DNA of 64,000 nt from an uncultured Bdellovibrionales bacterium (GTDB lineage: Bacteria; Patescibacteriota; Minisyncoccia; Moranbacterales; UBA9337): positions 172,645-236,644 of the forward strand of contig CAZSCV010000001.1 in assembly GCA_964605525.1 (NCBI GenBank), written 5' to 3'. Below the pieces are notes generated by a model. The model was given only the letters and a program-made list of their open reading frames with translations, had not been told where the DNA came from and did no database searches. The position numbers and the translations under genes were made by a program. Below, one piece after another: positions 7,392 to 17,142 of this stretch. The stretch's first letter is position 1; each line of letters starts with the position of its first letter.

Positions 7392-8924
7392 ATGTTTGTG
7401 CCATCTCGAGTATTTTCAGCAGCTACAATTGGACTGGATAGTGAAGTGGTAGAAGTGGAGGTAGATGTCCTTTCCGGAGGGTTGCATCAATTTACCATTG
7501 TCGGCTTGCCGGACACATCCATCAAGGAATCGCGCGATCGTGTTTCCAGTGCTATTAAAAATAGCGGATTCAAGCCGCCTCATCAATGCGGAAGAATCAC
7601 GGTCAACCTTGCTCCTGCCGATCTTCCAAAAATCAGTCCGATTTATGATCTTCCTATCGCGATTGGTTTTTTGATGGCAACAAACCAGATGGATTTTGAT
7701 TTTTCCAAGAAAATATTTGCCGGAGAACTGGCTCTTGATGGAAAAGTGCGCGCGGTGCAGGGAATTTTACCAATCGCTTTGATGGCAAAGGAAAAAGGAT
7801 TTGAGGAGATTTATATTCCCAATGAAAATGCGAGAGAAGCGAGTGTGGTAAAAGGAATAAAAATTATTCCTATCGGCAGTCTTTTTCAAATTGCCAATCA
7901 TCTGATCGGAGATGAAATTGTGAGCGAATTTCCTCCGGCTGAAATTGAAGATTTGTTTTCGGATTACAAAAGTGAATATGATATGGCAGATGTTAAGGGT
8001 CAACAACAAGCCAAGAGAGCAATGGAAATTGCCGCTGCCGGAGGGCATAATATCATTCTTAATGGTCCGCCCGGATCGGGAAAAAGCATGCTGGCAAAAA
8101 CCATGGTTTCAATTTTGCCGCGACTCACAATGAAAGAGGCGCTTGAGGCGACAAAAATATTTTCTATTTCCGGAAAATTGAGCAAAAATAATCCATTGGT
8201 TTTGGAGCGACCGTTTCGATCTCCCCATCACAGCGCCAGTGCCGTTTCTTTGGTGGGTGGCGGGACATATCCCAGACCCGGGGAAATCAGTCTTTCTCAT
8301 CGCGGGGTTTTGTTTTTGGATGAGTTTGCGGAATTTCCGAAAAATGTTATGGAAAGTTTGCGCCAGCCATTGGAAGATGGGGTGATTACGGTATCGCGCG
8401 CCAAGGGAACTTTGAAATTTCCCGCGCAGTTTATTTTAGTGGCGGCAATGAATCCATGTCCTTGTGGAAATGCGACTGATCCGGGAAAATTGTGTTCGTG
8501 CACTCCTTCTCAGATTTCAAGATATCAACGAAAAATATCCGGACCTATTTTGGATAGAATTGATTTGCAAATTGAAGTACCTAGGATTGATTTTGAAAAA
8601 TTAGAGGATGAAAACAGGGGGGAATTGAGCATATCTATTCGAAAAAGAGTGGAAAGCGCAAGAAAAATCCAAGCAAAAAGATTTGAAAAATCGGAGATAA
8701 TCACCAATAGTGAAATGGGTTCCAAGCAAATCAGGAAATTTTGCGTTTTAGACGACCATTGCAAAGATATTTTACGAGGGGCGGTTTCTTCTATGGGACT
8801 TAGCGCCCGGTCATATTTTCGCTTGATTAAAATTGCGCGGACTATTGCCGATTTGGCGGGAGTTGATAATATTAGAGGTGTCCATATTGCTGAAGCAGTG
8901 CAGTACCGGTTTAAATCAGAATAA
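7392..8924 (+). CDS. comM: YifB/ComM-family Mg-chelatase-like AAA+ ATPase
   Basis: N-terminal SRVFSAATIGLDSEVVEVEVD; Walker A GPPGSGKS; Cys cluster CPCGN...CSC; ORF track starts at TTG 7371, first ATG is 7392. Confidence 0.85.
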   Translation: MFVPSRVFSAATIGLDSEVVEVEVDVLSGGLHQFTIVGLPDTSIKESRDRVSSAIKNSGFKPPHQCGRITVNLAPADLPKISPIYDLPIAIGFLMATNQMDFDFSKKIFAGELALDGKVRAVQGILPIALMAKEKGFEEIYIPNENAREASVVKGIKIIPIGSLFQIANHLIGDEIVSEFPPAEIEDLFSDYKSEYDMADVKGQQQAKRAMEIAAAGGHNIILNGPPGSGKSMLAKTMVSILPRLTMKEALEATKIFSISGKLSKNNPLVLERPFRSPHHSASAVSLVGGGTYPRPGEISLSHRGVLFLDEFAEFPKNVMESLRQPLEDGVITVSRAKGTLKFPAQFILVAAMNPCPCGNATDPGKLCSCTPSQISRYQRKISGPILDRIDLQIEVPRIDFEKLEDENRGELSISIRKRVESARKIQAKRFEKSEIITNSEMGSKQIRKFCVLDDHCKDILRGAVSSMGLSARSYFRLIKIARTIADLAGVDNIRGVHIAEAVQYRFKSE

Positions 8925-8941
8925 TTTGACTGTTTTTATGT

Positions 8942-9925
8942 ATGTTAGCGAGAAATAAGTTAAAAATTTTAATTATTTTCGGATTATTCCTTGGTTTTGT
9001 CTTTAGCGCCAAGGCATTTTTTTTCGATGATGAAGTGATACGGGGGGATGAAAATGGCAGAAAAAAAATAACAGTAAATGATGACGGAATAATTTTCGAT
9101 GTGTATACGCAAAAAAAAACGGTGGAAGATTTTTTGGCAGAGCAAAAAATGGAAATTAAAGCCGGTGATCAAGTTATTCCGGACATTAAAGCGGTTCTTT
9201 TTTCCAATTCCAAGATTTCCATTGCAAGGTCAAAAAAAGTTATTGTAAATGATGAAAATAAGGAAAGTGAATATATGACGATTTTTTCCGATATGGATAA
9301 GTTTTTTTCTGAAAATGGAATCAAGTTGGCAGAATTTGACATTGTTAATCCTTTGACTTCAAGTCCGGTTTTTGACGGGATGAAAATTGAAATAACTCGG
9401 GTTGAAGTTAAACAGGAAGTCGAAAATGAACCTATTAAATTTAAAACAATTACTGAAAAAGATGAGGATATGGGATGGAGAAAAGAAGAGGTTGTGCAAA
9501 AAGGGAAAAATGGAGTGAAAAAAGTTGAATATGAGGTGGTGTATCACAATGGAAAGGAAATTTCCCGAAAAATTAAAAATACTGAAATCGTCCAAGAACC
9601 GGTGGAAGAAATTGTCAAAAAGGGGACGTTTGTAAAAATTGGAAAAGTGCATACAGGAGCGGCAAGTTGGTACGCCCAGCCTGCGCGGCTAAAATCCATA
9701 TTTCCTTCGCTTACCGGGTATTACGCGGCCAATCCTTGGCTTCCGAAGGGAAGTTATGTTAAGGTAATCAGTAAAGATAACGGGAAATCGATAATTGTTC
9801 GGATTAATGATGTTGGACCATTTGGTCCGGGAAGAATAATTGATTTGGATAAATCGGCATTTTCCGTGATTGCTTCGCTTGGAGCCGGAGTGGCGGATGT
9901 TAAAATGGAAGAAATACTTAATTAA
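8942..9925 (+). CDS. DUF348/G5/RlpA-like (DPBB) domain cell-wall protein
   Basis: Signal peptide/TM; G5 domain; C-terminal ASWY...INDVGPF...RIIDL RlpA-like double-psi beta-barrel. Confidence 0.65.
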   Translation: MLARNKLKILIIFGLFLGFVFSAKAFFFDDEVIRGDENGRKKITVNDDGIIFDVYTQKKTVEDFLAEQKMEIKAGDQVIPDIKAVLFSNSKISIARSKKVIVNDENKESEYMTIFSDMDKFFSENGIKLAEFDIVNPLTSSPVFDGMKIEITRVEVKQEVENEPIKFKTITEKDEDMGWRKEEVVQKGKNGVKKVEYEVVYHNGKEISRKIKNTEIVQEPVEEIVKKGTFVKIGKVHTGAASWYAQPARLKSIFPSLTGYYAANPWLPKGSYVKVISKDNGKSIIVRINDVGPFGPGRIIDLDKSAFSVIASLGAGVADVKMEEILN

Positions 9926-10068
9926 TTTAAGACCTGTGCATTTGGATAATTTTCGTATGGTTTTCCAGGAAAATATTTTTTTCTCCGGTCCTTTCGAGGG
10001 ACACGGACAGCTATGAAAAAAACATTTTTCCGGAAAACCGAAAGTTTTGTTATTCAATCAGGTGAGTC

Positions 10069-10956
10069 TTGTATATTAATTTAAAAATTATGCCAGTTAA
10101 GCTCGGTCAAAATTTTTTAAAGGATGAGAGTGTTGTGGAAAAAATTATTAAAGCGGCAAACTTGAAAAGTGATGATGTGGTTTTGGAAGTGGGACCAGGA
10201 AAAGGGGTGTTGACTAAGGAGTTTGCTCGATTATCCAAGAAAGTGATTGCAGTAGAAAAAGATGAAGAATTGGTGAAAATGACAGCTGGCAATTTTCAAT
10301 TTTCAATTTTTCCTCCAAAGGCGGACCAGCCCGGGGCTGGCAATTTTCAATCAATTTCCAATGATTTAAGTTTAAATTTTAAAAATAATGTTGTCATCAT
10401 TTCAGGTGATATCCTGGAAATAAATCTGGATAAATTGCTAGAAGCTAATAATGTTGTAAACTACAAGGTGGTTGCCAATATCCCGTATTACATCACTTCA
10501 AAAATTATCCGTTTGTTTTTGGAAAGCGAAAATCCGCCGAGTGAGATGATTTTGATGGTGCAAAAGGAAGTGGCGGAGCGGATTGTAGCAAATCCTGGAC
10601 AAATGAGTATTTTGGCGGTGAGTGTGCGATATTATGCCAAGGCCGAGTATCTTTTTACGGTCGGAAGGGAATCGTTTGATCCGGCGCCGGAAGTGGACAG
10701 TGCGGTCATAAAAATTTCAGGAATCAGGAATCAGGAAGAGGGAAGCAGGAATAATGAAGAGATAAAAAAGTTTTTTCGGATTGTGAAAGCGGGGTTTTCC
10801 GCCAAGAGAAAAACGTTGGCCAACAATCTTTCCAATAGTTTGCATAAAGATAAAAAAGAAATCGAAAGCATACTTTCGCAATTGGGATTTCTTCCAACAG
10901 TCCGGGCGCAGGAACTTTCAGTGAAAGATTGGAAAAAGCTTTCCAATATATTTTAA
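10069..10956 (+). CDS. rsmA: 16S rRNA (adenine1518/1519-N6)-dimethyltransferase
   Basis: LGQNFL, VLEVGPGKGVLT, NIPYYITS motifs; contains an in-frame repeat insertion (see findings); alternative start ATG 10090. Confidence 0.85.
   Translation: MYINLKIMPVKLGQNFLKDESVVEKIIKAANLKSDDVVLEVGPGKGVLTKEFARLSKKVIAVEKDEELVKMTAGNFQFSIFPPKADQPGAGNFQSISNDLSLNFKNNVVIISGDILEINLDKLLEANNVVNYKVVANIPYYITSKIIRLFLESENPPSEMILMVQKEVAERIVANPGQMSILAVSVRYYAKAEYLFTVGRESFDPAPEVDSAVIKISGIRNQEEGSRNNEEIKKFFRIVKAGFSAKRKTLANNLSNSLHKDKKEIESILSQLGFLPTVRAQELSVKDWKKLSNIF
10285..10351 (+). repeat. 16-nt direct repeat pair inside ksgA/rsmA (gctggcaattttcaat, 51 nt apart, in frame)
   Basis: Copies at 10285..10300 and 10336..10351, with GC-rich ggcggaccagcccgggg between; encodes AGNFQFS...AGNFQSIS. 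Confidence 0.6.
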
Positions 10957-11074
10957 ATAAATATTCTCAGATCCGAAATTAGCATAAAGAGTGCGTTTGC
11001 CATTAAGAAACGGGTTGTATGTAAATGGTAAATAATTATTTTGTCTTGTGAAGTTTTTTTATTTTTTTATAAAA

Positions 11075-11110
11075 AATCCCCGTCGGACCGGTTTGGTCGG
11101 ATGGGGATTT
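11075..11110 (-). terminator. putative terminator for the minus-strand methyltransferase gene
   Basis: atccccgtcggacc-ggttt-ggtcggatggggat imperfect hairpin, followed by a U-run on the minus strand. Confidence 0.4.
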
Positions 11111-11135
11111 AAGACATTCTTCCTAGAAGAATATC

Positions 11136-11891
11136 TTACATTTTTGTTTTTCTTGCAACAATTTGGAAAAAGCACGGTTTGCCGACTCTGCCTTTTTGTT
11201 TGCAATCATCCAGGGCATCTTGTGTTAGGTATTTGTCTTGCGTATGTTCAATAACAAATCCTGCCTTCAAGAGCGATTCCAAAAGGAATTTTTTTGGATG
11301 ACGCCAAACATCAATCACAAATTCATCACCTTCCTTGTCTTGATACATTTCTTTGAAGCGTTGACTTTTGCTCCGATGTTTCTTTTCGAGCGGTTGGAAA
11401 TTTACCCAATATGACTTTGAACGATGGGTGTAGTAAAGATTCGGATGAGTTATGCTAATCACTAGCTTTCCATTCGGGCGCAGCATTTCATATGCTGCTA
11501 GAAAAAAACTCAAGCATCCATCGGGTGAGAGGTGCATAAGTACGGATATGCAAGAAATGGTATCAAAGTAATTGTCGGAAAAATAGCTGGCAGTTATATC
11601 ACATACAATATACCTAGAAATTGCTATTCCTACGGGATTATCAGTTTCTTCTTTTCTGGCTTGTCGAATCATGTCAACATTCGAATCGCAGCCATAAACC
11701 TTTGCTCCTGCCTTGGCTAGCCTTCTGGTTATAAAGCCAGCTCCGCACCCAGCATCAAGAATTAGCTCTCCCTCTTGTGGGTTTATTAGTTGGATTGCAG
11801 ACATTCTTCCAATAATATCACCAATCGTCATTAATGAGTCTCCTTTTTTTGTCCAAAAACCGATATTTGATCCATATTCCTGCTTATTCAT
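11136..11891 (-). CDS. class I SAM-dependent methyltransferase
   Basis: LILDAGCGAGFITRRLAKAGAKVYGCD motif I; 251 aa. Confidence 0.7.
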   Translation of the reverse strand: MNKQEYGSNIGFWTKKGDSLMTIGDIIGRMSAIQLINPQEGELILDAGCGAGFITRRLAKAGAKVYGCDSNVDMIRQARKEETDNPVGIAISRYIVCDITASYFSDNYFDTISCISVLMHLSPDGCLSFFLAAYEMLRPNGKLVISITHPNLYYTHRSKSYWVNFQPLEKKHRSKSQRFKEMYQDKEGDEFVIDVWRHPKKFLLESLLKAGFVIEHTQDKYLTQDALDDCKQKGRVGKPCFFQIVARKTKM

Positions 11892-11993
11892 AGTAACTCT
11901 CCTTTTTTGTTTCCTTCTTTGAAACCGCTTTTGAAAAACGATTTTGGAAAGAAAATAATGATAAGAGAAATATTTTTTTTCGCTAAGAAAATT

Positions 11994-12233
11994 TTAGCGG
12001 TAAATTTTACGAATTATTTCTCTAGAATCATTGCTGAGTTCAAAATTGTCATGTTGTCCAATATTGAAACCAGATACAGTCAGTACTGCATGAATAGCTA
12101 CCACACAACCTTTGCCTCTGGCGCATACTGCAGCTATAATTTTTTCTGGAAAAACATCCTTAGAACCTCCTGGAGCATAAACTCCAGAAATTGCCGTTAT
12201 TGCAGCAACTGCATCTTCTCTGTTTAAACGCAT
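11994..12233 (-). CDS. hypothetical protein (79 aa)
   Basis: RBS aaggag 8 nt upstream of ATG; Ala/Gly-rich small protein, no confident family. Confidence 0.4.
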   Translation of the reverse strand: MRLNREDAVAAITAISGVYAPGGSKDVFPEKIIAAVCARGKGCVVAIHAVLTVSGFNIGQHDNFELSNDSREIIRKIYR

Positions 12234-12451
12234 AATCTTTTCTCCTTATGTTTTGTTGTAAAAGAATAAGTTAAGATAAGATTTTATCTTAACGACTTAC
12301 TATATATCAAAATAAAAAAAATATCAATGATTATGCCAATATCGCTTTTTTGTATTTTGATAAATTGGCAATATTCCGCTCATATATTGACTTTTCGGTG
12401 ATTATTTGCTATGCTAAAAACGATGACATAAGTGTTGACAAAAATAATAAT

Positions 12452-13180
12452 ATGTTTGAAAAAGAACTTGAAAAAGCGGGACTGACCGATAAAGAAGCCA
12501 AGGTGTATTTGGCGGTTTTGGAATTGGGAGAGGCTAATATTGCCAGAATTGCGAAAAAATCCAAGGTAAAAAGAGCCACTGTTTATTTGGCCGTGGAATC
12601 TTTAAAAGAAAAAGGATTGATTAGCGCGGCTAAAAGGGAAAATAAGATTTATTACTATGCCGAAGACCCGAGGGTGATTCAGAAACAACTTGAAGAAAAA
12701 AAAGAATCAATTTCCAAAATCATGCCGGATCTTCTGGCCTCTTTTGCTTTTTTGGATAAAAAGCCAAGTATCCGATATTTCGAAGGAAAAAATGGAATCA
12801 AGCAGGTTTTCGAAGATATGCTTAATTATCCGAATCGAGAGATTTTAGCGATGTTTACCGAGCAGCACTTAGATTTCGGAGATAATTTTTTTTACGAATA
12901 TTTCATTCCGGAGCGCAAAAAAAGAAAAATTTGGGTGCGCTCTATTTTTCCCGATAATGTTCAAATGAGAGATTTTCAAAAAAATGACCCTAATCATCTT
13001 CGGCAATCAAAATTAATTTCCAGCAATAAGTTTACTTTAAAAACTGAAATAGTTATTTATGGTAAAAATAAAATTGGAATCTTGTCTTTTAATGAGGAGT
13101 TGGGTCTTATAATCGAAAGCCAAGACATACACGATTCGCTCAAGGGAATTTTTGAGGTGATGTGGGATGGATTGGGGTAA
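12452..13180 (+). CDS. TrmB-family transcriptional regulator
   Basis: N-terminal wHTH LTDKEAKVYLAVLELGEANIARIAKKSKVKRATVYLAVESLKEKGLI; internal ATG 12452 chosen over ORF-track start. Confidence 0.7.
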   Translation: MFEKELEKAGLTDKEAKVYLAVLELGEANIARIAKKSKVKRATVYLAVESLKEKGLISAAKRENKIYYYAEDPRVIQKQLEEKKESISKIMPDLLASFAFLDKKPSIRYFEGKNGIKQVFEDMLNYPNREILAMFTEQHLDFGDNFFYEYFIPERKKRKIWVRSIFPDNVQMRDFQKNDPNHLRQSKLISSNKFTLKTEIVIYGKNKIGILSFNEELGLIIESQDIHDSLKGIFEVMWDGLG

Positions 13181-13216
13181 TGCAATTTTTTTGCGTAGAA
13201 GTTGTTTAGGCGGTTT

Positions 13217-13969
13217 TTATTTGAGCAAGCTCCAAATCAGATCGAATTTGTTTTTTTCGCTGTTGGCGATTTCTTCGCTTTCAATTTTGACAGCCATCAA
13301 TTCTTTTTTGGAGGTGAAAATAGCGACGGTGTTTTGGTATATCAAAACATGCGTCGAGTCGGTGTAATTTTCCGGCAGGAATTTTATTTCCCGCAGTTCT
13401 TGATTATTTTTCTCGGATGTAAAAATAGTTGAAGGAAAAAATTCCGTAATTTCTTTTTTGAAATATAGCGCTTTAATTTGAATATTATTTTTTATTCTTT
13501 CTGGCATGTAATGATCATGGTCATATTCTTGCCCGACTATTTCGTAAATTTTTTGGAGCGATCCAATACTTCTGACAACTGAGCCGGGTTTTTTCAGGGA
13601 TTCATTGGCGATTGCAATGTATCCTTCTTTTCCTTCATAAACAGTTACTTTTGGGTTGAATTGGGATTTCTTTTGAATAGCTTTCAATTCCGGAATAATT
13701 TCATTTATTTCAGATAATTTCTTTTTGGCTTGTTCCGCCAAAAGCGAAGGAGAAGAGGCGACAAAGCGCATTCCGTCGGGCAATTTGAAGTTACCCATTA
13801 AGCCTTTTTCGGATAAGTTTTTGGCGATAAGATAGGCTGAACTTCTTTTGATGCCGGCATCTTTGGCGATTCTTGCCAGAGGCGCTTCACCTAATTTCAA
13901 ACCAGCCAAATACAACCGCGTTTCTTCATCGCTAAGGCCATAATTTTTCAAAACCTGATTAGTATTCAT
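13217..13969 (-). CDS. TrmB-family transcriptional regulator (paralogue, convergent)
   Basis: N-terminal LSDEETRLYLAGLKLGEAPLARIAKDAGIKRSSAYLIAKNLSEKGLM. Confidence 0.7.
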   Translation of the reverse strand: MNTNQVLKNYGLSDEETRLYLAGLKLGEAPLARIAKDAGIKRSSAYLIAKNLSEKGLMGNFKLPDGMRFVASSPSLLAEQAKKKLSEINEIIPELKAIQKKSQFNPKVTVYEGKEGYIAIANESLKKPGSVVRSIGSLQKIYEIVGQEYDHDHYMPERIKNNIQIKALYFKKEITEFFPSTIFTSEKNNQELREIKFLPENYTDSTHVLIYQNTVAIFTSKKELMAVKIESEEIANSEKNKFDLIWSLLK

Positions 13970-14173
13970 AGTGTTGTTATTTATGACAACAGTATATTAC
14001 ATATCAATTATATGGTCAATAGAGGCTTGAATTAAAGAAAATCTGGATTATAAATTTAAAATCCGAGGTCGTATTTTAGGACATACTGTTGATTAATAAA
14101 TAATAACCTGTCATTATGTACTGTTGATATGAAAAGTAGTTATTTAAAAAATTAAATAATTCAGGAGGAAAAA

Positions 14174-15280
14174 ATGACACATTATATAGAAGATGGCAGA
14201 GAAAATTTAGGGGTGGCATATTTCTCCCTGATGAGGGAGATTTCAGGAGCCGTTCACGAAAAAATTTTAAGCTATATTGAAGATGGAGAGCAGTACAAAA
14301 CTGAAGATTTGCGGAATGAATTGATGGATATTCCGAAGGCAAGAGCGGGAAAAAATATTATGCGGTCCGCGCTGACTTTGTTGATGTATCGACTTAACGG
14401 AGGAGTCGGCACTATTTTGGAAATTCTTCCCGCACTGGCAGTTTCGGAACTTAATAATGTTAATGCCTATTTGGATAATATTGTATTTGATGACAAGAAA
14501 GGCATTTGGCGGGGCGGGAATACTCGGCGCAGAATAAGCGGAATCACCATTGCCTCTGGAATTTTCCGGGAATTGACAGAAAAAGCAGTATTGGATATCC
14601 CAACTTCGGATGTTAATAAGGTTGCGGTACTGTCATCTCTTTGCGAATGTATGAAAAAATCATATCTAGGTCAATATGTAGATATGAAAATAGGGATTGC
14701 TGAAGTCGATTTTTTTGAGAATGACCAATCTTATTTTGATTGGTATGTGGAAAAATCGGAACTGCAAAGCGGATTCCTTTATGGTTTTTCCGCTAAACTT
14801 GGTGCGATATTGGCTGGTGTCGACGGAGATCAGATAGAAAAGTCCGAGGAAATAGGAAAAATTATCGGACTAGGAGTTCATGTGAGCAATGACCTTGGAG
14901 ATTTCGCAATATTAAGTCAACAAGAAGAATCAACCGGATTTAAAAAACCCCAAGATCAGATGGCCGATCTCATAAATGGGCGATTGACCTTCCCAATTTA
15001 TCATATATTAAAATATGGTTCTTCTCAGGAAAGGAATATTATTCTGGATATGGTTGGAAACAACCACGCTACGCAGAAAGAATTGTTGGAAGTTATTGGT
15101 GTCGTCCATTCCTCCGGAGCTTTTGATTTTGGGAAAAAGTTCATTCGAGAGTATTATAAAAAAGCTCGAAAACTTATCAATAGCTCTTTTCCTGCCAGTC
15201 GGGAACGGGGAATGTTGAAAGCGATGACTTCAGTTATTGTTTCAAATAAATTCCTGTCAGCATTGAGGGATCAAAAATGA
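14174..15280 (+). CDS. polyprenyl synthetase-family (trans-isoprenyl diphosphate synthase-like) protein, divergent
   Basis: Blocks align with FARM/SARM regions: LDNIVFDDKKG, YLGQYVDMK, LGAILAGV...IGLGVHVSNDLGDF, KPQDQMADLINGRLTFP; Asp-rich motifs are degenerate. Confidence 0.5.
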   Translation: MTHYIEDGRENLGVAYFSLMREISGAVHEKILSYIEDGEQYKTEDLRNELMDIPKARAGKNIMRSALTLLMYRLNGGVGTILEILPALAVSELNNVNAYLDNIVFDDKKGIWRGGNTRRRISGITIASGIFRELTEKAVLDIPTSDVNKVAVLSSLCECMKKSYLGQYVDMKIGIAEVDFFENDQSYFDWYVEKSELQSGFLYGFSAKLGAILAGVDGDQIEKSEEIGKIIGLGVHVSNDLGDFAILSQQEESTGFKKPQDQMADLINGRLTFPIYHILKYGSSQERNIILDMVGNNHATQKELLEVIGVVHSSGAFDFGKKFIREYYKKARKLINSSFPASRERGMLKAMTSVIVSNKFLSALRDQK

Positions 15281-15343
15281 TGTAAAATATAGGAGCAAGT
15301 GTGCATTCCGGGGATTTGCGAATTTTTGCAGACCCCGGTTTTT

Positions 15344-17005
15344 TTATTGGATAAAAATAATTTTTATCAATATTGCTCCATAAAAAATCAAAGGAGCCAT
15401 AATCCACCAGGGGAGGTTGCGGTGGGTTATTTTTTTTGTTTCATCCGATGAAGAATAATTCACAATCCAAAAAGAAATTCCGCCAAACAAAATTGCCCAC
15501 CAAAACAAGCGCGATTCATTGAGAAAAAAAACGCTTGAGATATAGGAAATCAAAATTCCGCTTCCAACAACAATTTTTCCCCAATATTCTCCAAAAACAA
15601 CCGGAATTGTAAAAACTCTGTCATTTCTGTCGCCCTCGATATCTTTGAAATCTTTAATTGGCAGAGAAAGCGTGAAAGAAATTAAAAGAAGCCAGATTAT
15701 TTCCGATGGAAGGCGGGAAATGTTTTGTTCGGGGGCAACCAGAATAAATCCGGAAAATAAAATTATAAGCGAAGCTAGCGCGCTTACAGCGGTAGAAATG
15801 AAAGCAAAACGCTTGAGGCGCAAAGGAAAAGCGGAATATATCCATGCAATGGCTTGGTAAGCAATTAGAAGAAGAGAAATTTTAAAGTCGACAATCGCGG
15901 AAAAAAATATGGAGACAATAAAAAGAGTAATTCCAATAGATAAATATTGTTGCAAGGAAAAAATGCCTTTTGCAAGTGGACGATTTGAATTTGAGATGGT
16001 ATCAATTTTTTGGTCGAAAATATCATTAAAAACAACTGAAGCTGTCCATGCAAACGATACGGAAAGTAAAAGTAAAATTAGAGAAAAAATGTTGAAAAAA
16101 GAAAAAAACAAAATCGGTTTTGTAAAAATAATTCCCAAACCTATTCCGAAAATAAACAATCCGGAGTGGTAAAATATTTGTGGCAGGCGAATGTTACGCA
16201 AAAAAGACACAAATTTGTGCTTGTTTGCGTGAAAGTAGAATATTGAAATGACGGCAATCAGCAAGAGCGAATATATGATGCTCATTTTTATATTCAAGGC
16301 ATTGATCAGTTCAGTGTTGTTGGTCGAAAAAATATTTGTCGGAGTTAAAAACATCTGAGCGATATCGGTAGAATTTATATCGGAAAATCCCCGTAGCCAT
16401 CCTTGTGTTGCGATTGTAATCCACGAAGGGAATGTTCCGAGAATAAAAAAAGCTGCATAGGAAGATAGGGTTAGAAAAAAGGATTTCAGTATTTTTTTAG
16501 TCTTCGTAAGACCATAAATAAAAATGAAAAATAATGAAAGAGCTACTTCAATTCTGACTCCGTAGGTAATTCCCATTCGAGGATTGTCGCCAAAAAAAGT
16601 GAAAAATCTTTGCGTCATCCCATATAGGCCGTCAAAAATATAGAAACTCCAAAAACCTTGCCCATTGGAAATTACATAATCTATTATTGGCGGAGTTAAT
16701 AATATCAAGAATCCCCACGATAAAATATTGGTTATTTTTTTAATTTCAATTGGAATAAATATTTTTATTATCCAAATAAATATTAAAAAGGAGGTCAAGA
16801 AAAACAAAAAAGTGTGTGTGAATTCGAAAAACAAAAAATTTCCAGAAGCGCTGGCGAATCCGTGTAAAAAAGCTTCCGTGAAAAGACGAAGAGTAATTAA
16901 AGAGAAGAAAAAAACAGAAAAACCCGATATGTTTATTTGCGCGTTCTCAACGCTGGTTATTATCTTTTCAACTTGTTTTAGCATATTTTTACTTAAAACT
17001 AGCAT
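15344..17005 (-). CDS. UbiA-family prenyltransferase with ~300-aa N-terminal polytopic extension
   Basis: C-terminal half has the UbiA NDxxDxxxD motif (NDIFDQKID) and multiple TM; N-terminal half is an additional multi-TM domain. Confidence 0.6.
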   Translation of the reverse strand: MLVLSKNMLKQVEKIITSVENAQINISGFSVFFFSLITLRLFTEAFLHGFASASGNFLFFEFTHTFLFFLTSFLIFIWIIKIFIPIEIKKITNILSWGFLILLTPPIIDYVISNGQGFWSFYIFDGLYGMTQRFFTFFGDNPRMGITYGVRIEVALSLFFIFIYGLTKTKKILKSFFLTLSSYAAFFILGTFPSWITIATQGWLRGFSDINSTDIAQMFLTPTNIFSTNNTELINALNIKMSIIYSLLLIAVISIFYFHANKHKFVSFLRNIRLPQIFYHSGLFIFGIGLGIIFTKPILFFSFFNIFSLILLLLSVSFAWTASVVFNDIFDQKIDTISNSNRPLAKGIFSLQQYLSIGITLFIVSIFFSAIVDFKISLLLIAYQAIAWIYSAFPLRLKRFAFISTAVSALASLIILFSGFILVAPEQNISRLPSEIIWLLLISFTLSLPIKDFKDIEGDRNDRVFTIPVVFGEYWGKIVVGSGILISYISSVFFLNESRLFWWAILFGGISFWIVNYSSSDETKKITHRNLPWWIMAPLIFYGAILIKIIFIQ

Positions 17006-17142
17006 TTATTTTTATATATGTCTAGGAATATAATTTTTTTTATGGTATAATTTTAGACGTGGAATATGTTATTTGCGTATATTTTGAATAGTGTTAAAAT
17101 AATAACAAACTGTGCAATAGTGCCATTTAAAATAAAATAAAA

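Noticed and set aside
7174-7404. 76-aa minus-strand ORF upstream of the OLD gene
   Set aside because: Lies in the AT-rich promoter region of comM with no RBS and hydrophobic low-complexity composition. Considered as a possible nuclease partner but judged unsupported.
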